Of a DNA stretch of 64,000 nucleotides, positions 56,164 to 64,000 are shown in pieces. Where the stretch lies: assembly GCF_009914755.1 (NCBI RefSeq), contig NC_060929.1. One strand, 5' to 3'. The stretch's first letter is position 1, and the number at the start of each line of letters is the position of its first letter. Source of the stretch: the human T2T-CHM13v2.0 reference genome, Homo sapiens. A program made the position numbers and the translations under genes. The notes beneath the pieces were generated by a model. It worked only from the letters and a program-made list of their open reading frames with translations, was not told the origin of the DNA and did no database searches.

Positions 56164-56575
56164 CATATTATATGTACTCTATTATGGCAAGAATACATTG
56201 TACACATTTATGAAAATTTGGTGGTAGACTGGTTCAGAATCAATGTCATATATATTATAAAAGGGTAATTTTAGTTAATTTAGGAAAATAAATTTCAGCA
56301 TGGCAACTAGTCCTTTGCAATCATCTCAAATACCAAAAATGAATTATGTACTTTATGGTAGTTCTTGATAAACCAGAGGCCACCTGGAGCATTGGATAAA
56401 AAGCACGTATCTAGGGCTATTGACAGCAAAAGTAACAACTGAAGCTGGGATTAGAGCTGAAAAAGTGTGCTTCTGGAAAGTGTGTTTGTTTCTCAGTGTT
56501 TACCTGATGACATTCCATTATATGCTGAATAAATTTTAATTTTCAATTTAAAGCCACTGTTAATATCTCTCCCTT

Positions 56576-56878
56576 GCTGAGCATGGTGGCTGATGCCTGT
56601 AATCCTAGGACTTTGGGAAGCTGAAGTGGGAGGATCACTTGAGCCCAGGAGTTTGAGCCAGCCTGGGCAATATAGTGAGACTCCATCTCTATAAAACATT
56701 TTTTTAAAAAAATTAGCCAGGCATAGTAGTGTGTGCCTGTAGTCCCAGCTACTCAGAAGGCTGAGGCAGGAGGATCACTTGAGCCTCAGAGGCAGAGGTT
56801 GTAGTGAACCGAGATTGTGCCACTGCACTCCAGCCTGGGCAACAGAGCAAGACCCTGTCTCAAAAAAAAAAAAAAAAA
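56576..56878 (+). mobile_element. Full-length Alu (AluJ-like)
   Basis: GCTGAGCATGGTGGCTGATGCCTGTAATCC start, GGAGGATCACTTGAGCC in both arms, poly-A tail. Confidence 0.93.
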
Positions 56879-59800
56879 TTGCTCCCTGTACTGAACCTAT
56901 CTGCAAGAAGTAAGTCATGACTTGAGTCTCAGAATTCAGATGAAATAAAGACAAGAGAAGTGAGGTAACAGTTGACAACTAACTTTTCATTTAGATCTCA
57001 CCAGTGTGCCCTCAACTTTCTACTGAGGAAGCAAAGCATTGTTTGATGACATTAGGTAGCCTAAGCTGTAAGAGCTTTGTCCTCCTAAGTATTTCATTTT
57101 CAAACTTGGGTGGCTGAAAAAGGTACATCTACTACTTGAATAGTCTAGGTCCTTTACTAGTCTCAAGTGTAAGTTCTCAACGTACTCTGACCCTGTCTCT
57201 TGGTTCCTCTTCACTAAGGTAAGTAGATACCACCTCGCTTTTCTTCCTTATGATTTTCATGGTGCCGACCTGACTTCCTCCTGGACCCCACACTCCTGTG
57301 TTGTGGATATTGACAGCTGGGGAGGCCACATTGAAAGGACACTCAGGCAGTGCCCTGGGCTTCAGGCTGCAGAGGAGCAGCACCATAATCCTCCTTCTCT
57401 GAGTTCATCTTTAGCCACTTTGCCCTGCAGTCTTCCTCCTTTCATTCCATCCTCATTTGCTAAAGCCAAAATGCATTTCATTTTAGTAGCTGGAAAAGGA
57501 AGGGTATGGTGCATATTTAAAATGTTCTAAATTGGCCTTTAGCATATGTTGCTGGCACAGCAGAGAGCCTGCTTCCAGGGAAATATGTATGGAGGTATTT
57601 TATCAAGAAGCTCCTGAGTGAAGTTTCTTCACTCCATAAATATAGAAACAGCATTACTGAAAGGAGACAGTGTTATTAGAGGTTAGGAAGCTGTGAGATA
57701 CTTTCATCCCCCTTCACATTATGTTTTAAAGAATTCAATAATGAAAATGTTATTTCTCATGAACTGGATAGTTGATTATTACATTTTAAATATATTTTAA
57801 TCTGTCAAAGAGGTGATTGTTTTAATATTCCTACTTGAACAGAAATCCAATGTCACTTCTTTAATTACAAGGCAACCTAATGTATTACATTCTGAAACTG
57901 AAATGTAAAAGAAGGATATGATTTATGGTCAAAGATTAAGCAAATTTATCAGCTTAGGGTTCCTCCAAAATTTTAAACTAATTCTAGAGTGAATATATCT
58001 TGGGAGCACTGTCTTCAAATTCTACTATTACTGATTTAAAGGCTAATTTCAGAACAAGATGTCTGTTTTTAACTAGTATAATTTTTCATTTGTCCCAAAA
58101 GGGGCTAATGGGTCCTGCAACAGATATGGGTTTGGTTTATAAATATGTTTTTGTGAGGAGATGGGCAGGACAGCAGTCTCTGTTGTATAACATGCTGCTT
58201 CTTGCATCCTTCTGTTATTCCTTTCAGCACAGAATGCAAGCCTTATGGCTTTCCTATTCTAAATCTGAAGATGCTCTTTTTTTTTTTTTTTTTTTTGCTT
58301 TTCTGTGGAGGTTAAAGCATCGAATACAAACAGCACATCAAACAGGGTAGATAAATAATACTAGCATCACTAAGGGCTGAACAAATATTTGTTTTGTTAA
58401 TTTTAAATTTCTCTTCTCTCTCATGGACTGAAACATGTCTATCTTTCAGATGTATTGGTAATCAACTTCAATGTTCAGCTCTGAGAGAAGAGGACTCATG
58501 GATAGTTTCACTGTTACCCCACCAGGTGTGAAGGCTGAATGAGACCTTATATGATGACCAAAACACATAATTTCAGACCAATCCAGCTCTTCCAGGCTTT
58601 AGAACATGCTAAAATCAATGAATATTCCTAGAGAAGTGAAGGTTCACAAGTTAAAAAAGTATTCAAGGATAAATTTCAAAGATTTTTCCTACTTATTTGG
58701 CAGCAGAAATGCAGTATGCTACAATATATACTGACAAAATGTTTGGAACCTGGAGTTGGTGCTGTGTTTATCCATTAATGAAAGTTCCAACAGAGTTCTT
58801 GCACGTGCATGTTTTGATAATTAAAAATTCTGCAGCATAAGAGTTTTACCTTAAGTTCAGTAACTGTTGATGATGATAAGAAGACATCATTTTCTTGGCC
58901 AAATATTTAGAATTCATCAGCAGTTTATTATACTACCCTGTCACTTTTTTTCTTGTATGTATGTGTGTGCACTTTAAAAGCAAAACATTTAAAAATCCCA
59001 CAATACTAATTACTCATATCAGATAGATAGATAAAATTCACATAGCTTTTGCCTGTTGCTTTTCTACTACAAGTCATGTCAGTCTGAATGACTTTTTAAA
59101 ACTGGTATCTCCCAGAAATTGCACCTGTTTCATATAAAAGGCCCAGGCCCACATAATGTTCTCTCCTCCAGTGTTGTAACTCATTTGGAGTTTGTTTTAT
59201 TAGCTTGATGGAGGAGTTTCAAAGGAAAGAAAGCATTAAATTGGCAGAGCCTAAACAAGACTTTCCCTCAGGAAGGGGCTGGAAGCTTTGGGTGACAGTC
59301 TAATTGCTTCTAAGCCCCCAAAGAGGCCTCGGGCATGGAGTAAGAGTGTGTCAACGTCAACAGGGCCAAGTCAGCCAAAGAATTAAGCAGGCAGAGTTCT
59401 AAAGACCTAACACATCACAGATCACTTCAAATGGCTTTCAAAAGGAGATTTTAAAGAAATAGTTAATGTCTGGCAATCAGTATAGTCCTAACAGACGTCA
59501 CTCCCACAATGCAAAACACGCTTTTCCTCTACTCCTGCTGGCCAGGAGCTTCCTATCAAAGCTGTACTTCAGGTCTTAAGCCAGTAGAGTTTTACACCCC
59601 CCAGCCCCAACTTCAAGCACATGAAGCAGAGCACCTGCCACATACACACAGACCCAGCAAAAGGAGACACAGGCAACCATCAGATAGGCTATCTAGCCAC
59701 TGTCCAAGGAGAACAGGATTAAACAAACTGACTCTGATCAGGGGATGTGGGCGTCAATCAAACAAATAAGCCACCTGTCAAACTGCTTACTTCCATGTAG

Positions 59801-62000
59801 CCCTTTTGTATCTTCTAGATACAAAAGAGAGGAGAGTTACCCAGCAGAATTTCAGGCTATTCACAGTTTCAAAAATAATAATAATAACCAAAGGGTTAAT
59901 AAGTAAATCTTTTTATTGACCAACTCAAGGAGAGATTTTTGGAAAAGAGTGATTTAATAGTTCTTAAGTACTTGGTGTGCAAAGAGTGAACTAAATGTTT
60001 GTATTATGGGTTGATGATAACTTACTGGAATCATTACAATCTAAATCTGAAATTTAGCCCACACTTTTAAAAAATTGAGATATCTGATAATTAATCTGTT
60101 AATTTATTAAACAAACAAGAAATAAATTGGAAGAAAGAAAATACATGGGTTTTATGGCTTTCTTTTATGTTTGATCTTCATCAGACAAGGGGAAGCATAT
60201 ATTTGGTAATGCTAGGGCATGATAATAATAATAATGTTTTCATACAAAACTGTAGACAATAAAGCAGAAATTGTGGCTGTTTCTATGGAAATTGGCACGT
60301 GCAAGGTAATTACTTCTATTTGGCCAGTTAGGACCTTGTGAGCAGTTGGATACAAATCTGGGACTGGGAATGAGGCTAATACAAAGAAAAGAGCTCTGCA
60401 GTCATTAGAAACGAGGTGGTGATCGTAGTCATAAAAAGTACTGAATTCATCCAAAGTCAATGTATAGATTTAGAAGAAAACTGGGACTTTGCTGAATGCA
60501 AATTGCTGTAATTATTACTATACTAGTTTTATATAGATTTATTTTTTACGTATAGATCTCCTTGAAAATAGTAATGGTGTTTACTTGTCTCTGTATCCCC
60601 AACACTTAGCACCATGTTTGCACATAGTAGCGACTACATAGATGTTCGATGAAGAGGAATGTAGCTGAAGGGTATGAGAAGTGATGCTTAAAAACAGAAG
60701 AACTGTGTAAAGCATCCAATAATCTCTTCCTGTGTTCTGGGTCCCAGTATAAAATTTTGAGAGAAGCTAAATATTATAAACAAAGGTCAAGATCAGGAAA
60801 CAAAATAATGGCAGGCTGCAAAAAAGGAAAATGATAACCAGGACTGTTGTTCAAGCAATGCTAGAAAATTATGCCTAGCCAAGTAGACAACTTAAGCACC
60901 TAAGGCAGAATGAAAGTTTCTCTCTTGTCATTAAGTCCTCTATTCAATTACCATTTATCGGGGTAATTAAACACTGGAAAGTGATGCCAGGCTAATTGTT
61001 AGATTATGATAATTACACGTCTTTGCTATGCTACAGCTGATCAAAATAAGATGTGGTCCCGTGCACTTAGCCAAAGCTGCTCTGTAATCGTCAGACTTTT
61101 GTACAGTGCTAGGACATTTATTACTAATTCATTACAAATCAGGCGGAGAAGCTTATTATTTGTAATGCTTCTACCCCCTACCCCCACACAGCCTCCTGAA
61201 ACAAGACTCACAAAAGGTTAAGCACAAACTTCTGCCTCTCATTGGCCCATTGCCATCCCAATTACACAGCTGAACAGCATTAGGTGCCTCTATTTGAGAG
61301 GGTTCATCAGGCTGCTTCACAAACATCCTGCAATCGCCTATCACATTGGCAGAAACATCCAAGACCCCTTTTCAGCCCCTGCCAACCACTGTTTTGCTCT
61401 CAGTTGTGTCCCAGCAACCATGAGCTGGAAATCCAGAGACTCCTTTGGTTTTGGGGCTCCCTCCTGCTCAGGTCAGGCCTCAGCTAGACTGAGATATGTC
61501 CAGGGGTTTGCTCCAGTTAGCAGGAGTCATGGGGAATACAGACTGTTCTCCACCTACCTGACATCCAGTCTCTGTTCTTCAAGCTGGGATCAGGAGAGGA
61601 AACCAGCGTTCTCAGGCTCCCACCAGAGTCACCACAAAGCTACCAAATAGATTCGGATCTTTGGAGAGAAAGACTAGAACCAATGCATTGTCCTTGGGCT
61701 TTACAAGGCCAGAATCCCTGGCATATCTGGGGGTTAGAAATCTCTCCTTCCATCCCTGTACTAACTGCTCCAGGCCACTGTTGGAAGGTGGGAAGGCAAA
61801 CAGGTATTTTATATTCTTCACTTGGCTTTATCCTGGAACTTTTGAGGTCCTCCCTGCAACCATCATCAGAATGTGTTAGCATGAGCCACTGTGAGGTGGA
61901 GGAAGCATAGAGCATCAGGTTAAAAGTTTAGTAACTGCTACATTTATGTCATGGTATGGCTCTCTATTTTAGGATTTTTTTTCTCTTATTATTTTAGCAG

Positions 62001-62366
62001 TGTTACAGACTGAATGTCTGTCTCTCCCACTCCAATTCATGTTTAAGCCCCAACCCACAATGTGATTGCATTTGGAGGCAGGGTCTTTTTTGGAAGTAAT
62101 TAAGGTTAAATGAAGTCACAAGGGTGGGGCCCTAATCCAACAGGATTAGTGTCCTTATATGAATAGCAGAGAGCTCGTTCTCCTTCTGCCATGTGAGGAC
62201 TCAGGGAGAAGATGGCTGCCCCAAGAGAGCCCCCCACCGGAAATCAACTTCTGCTAGACCTTGGTCTGGGACTTCTAGCCTCCAAAACTGTGAGAAAATA
62301 AATCTCTGTTGTTTAAGCCACAGGGTCTATGGTAGTTTGTTATGGAAGTCTGAGCAGACTAATATG
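62001..62366 (+). mobile_element. MaLR solo LTR (MLT1A-like)
   Basis: TGTTACAGACTGAATG start, GGGTGGGGCCCTAATCCAACAGGATTAGTGTCCTTAT, AACTGTGAGAAAATAAATCTCTGTTGTTTAAGCCAC, 5-bp TSD AGCAG at 61996-62000 and 62367-62371. Confidence 0.88.
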
Positions 62367-64000
62367 AGCAGTTTAACATTAAATTAGGGATACAGTGGGG
62401 GATAGGGTGGTTTTGAATTACATTGCTCTCAGTGACTTCAGATGTATATAAACATCAATAAAGAACAGCTAAGTAAAAATGGCCAGAAAGGAAGGGAGCA
62501 AGGGGGAAGGAAGATGGCAGACTTATGCCACTACCAGCACTTCTCATGATACCCTGCACATGGGAGAGACTCAGCATCTACTTGCTGCTCTGAGCAAATG
62601 GCTGCTCTGAGGCGAGAAGGCACACTATTTTTCTAAGTAAGCATAGTTTCAACTCTGAAATTAACTCATGGCACTACAAAAACGACTGTATTATCACCTG
62701 GCAACTGTGTTATCTCGCTGTTTTAGCAAAGGCTTTTGCCCAGAGATAGAATGAAGGGTGTTACAGAAAAGTCACATATTCCATTTTACCTTTCCTTGAC
62801 CCTGGAAATTAAAACAGAATATGCCACCACCCTTCAACAATTGTATTAAGTGCATTCTAGGGGCAAAAGAAACCACGAGGTACTTTGTTAACACCAGAAT
62901 ACATGAAACTGTCATTTCATGCACACATTTATTGGTGGCCTGTGGTTTAGACTGGGGAACAAAGGTACTTCAGTTCATCACATAAAAATGGTTTTGCACT
63001 ACTTAGTATTATTATTTCCTCCCCACACTCATTAAAAGGATATCCATTCATACAGCTGGATCCTCTATTTACTTTTATAGCCTGGACCACAGAAAGATAT
63101 ATGCAAGAAAAATGCAATCATAAAAAATGAGAAACTAATTGCTCTATCCCAAGGAAACATAAGCGGGAGAAAGAAATAAACAATTCACCATTTATTTCTC
63201 AGAAATAAATCTAAGCACTTTAGAGGATTCTCAAGTACTACAATATTTCTACCTACTTAAATGCTTGTCTATCTCAATGACAGAGAATATAGTTGTTTTT
63301 CTTTTTCCACCTATCATCTTAATAAACTCTACTTTCAAAATGTCTACCTTGGAAAAGAACTATAGTTCAAAGCGAGTGCACATGATCTTCCTATTGAACT
63401 TTCAGAATTTTTGGTATTGCCAGAAGCTCTGAATGAGCCACTTGTGTGGACTGCAAGGTTTCTGAGGCAAGGTTAATGTCAAGACACAAAGACGATGAAA
63501 TAAGCAGATGATAATGGGCACTCCATACCCATGAAAACTCAGCACTGTCAGCTTTGAGAAGACAGGGTCACAACTTACTTTCTTCAGTACTCAGTAGTGC
63601 AATCCCAGATCCCAAAGTTTCACGACGTACACATTAACATTTTATTGCTGCTCACACTGTTCAAGGCAGACAGAAAGAGAGAATGTGAGCTGTTTTTGGT
63701 CACAAACTCAGTGTTGATGAGCTGGGTCAAAAAACAACACAGGATTTACAAAACCTATGGGAGATATTAAATGAGCCTGGGACTAAGCACAGAATCTGTA
63801 TGCTATGTGATGGTAAATGTTACTCTAATATAGCACGTCAATTGATTTATTTACAGAATAGGATAATTTTACTTGTTGATGTTTTAATTCAACATCTGGG
63901 TATCTACCTTGTACATGCCAAATATTTATCAAAATCATACCCCATTTTGCATGCTAAAAAAAAAACTTGGATTTTTTTTTTTTTTCAGTTCTACAAATAT

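Overview
Primate (very probably human) genomic DNA, AT-rich and dense in Alu/MIR/L2 repeats. It holds the 3' part of EFNA5 (ephrin-A5, a GPI-anchored Eph receptor ligand) on the minus strand. Coding exons are exon 2 (50178-50470), exon 3 (10671-10736), exon 4 (10200-10280) and exon 5 (CDS 4221-4342), all with GT-AG boundaries. A long repeat-free 3' UTR runs towards the left edge. Exon 1 lies beyond the right edge. The rest is intron, carrying about 17 Alu copies or fragments, MIRs, L2, L3/CR1, two MaLR solo LTRs with intact TSDs, Tigger2a-like, MER5-like and MADE1 DNA-transposon relics, and simple repeats. I found no convincing new protein-coding or multi-gene system. The most interesting signals are RNA-regulatory or structural: an Rbfox/QKI-type splicing module around symmetric exon 4; an in-frame stop plus AATAAA just after the exon 4 donor (possible secreted isoform); inverted Alu pairs bracketing exons; poly(A)/CPE/Pumilio/miRNA motifs in the 3' UTR; a palindromic 54-bp AT-rich tandem array fused to a MADE1; and a fold-back hairpin at an Alu 5' end. 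Repeat boundaries and subfamily calls were made by eye and are approximate.
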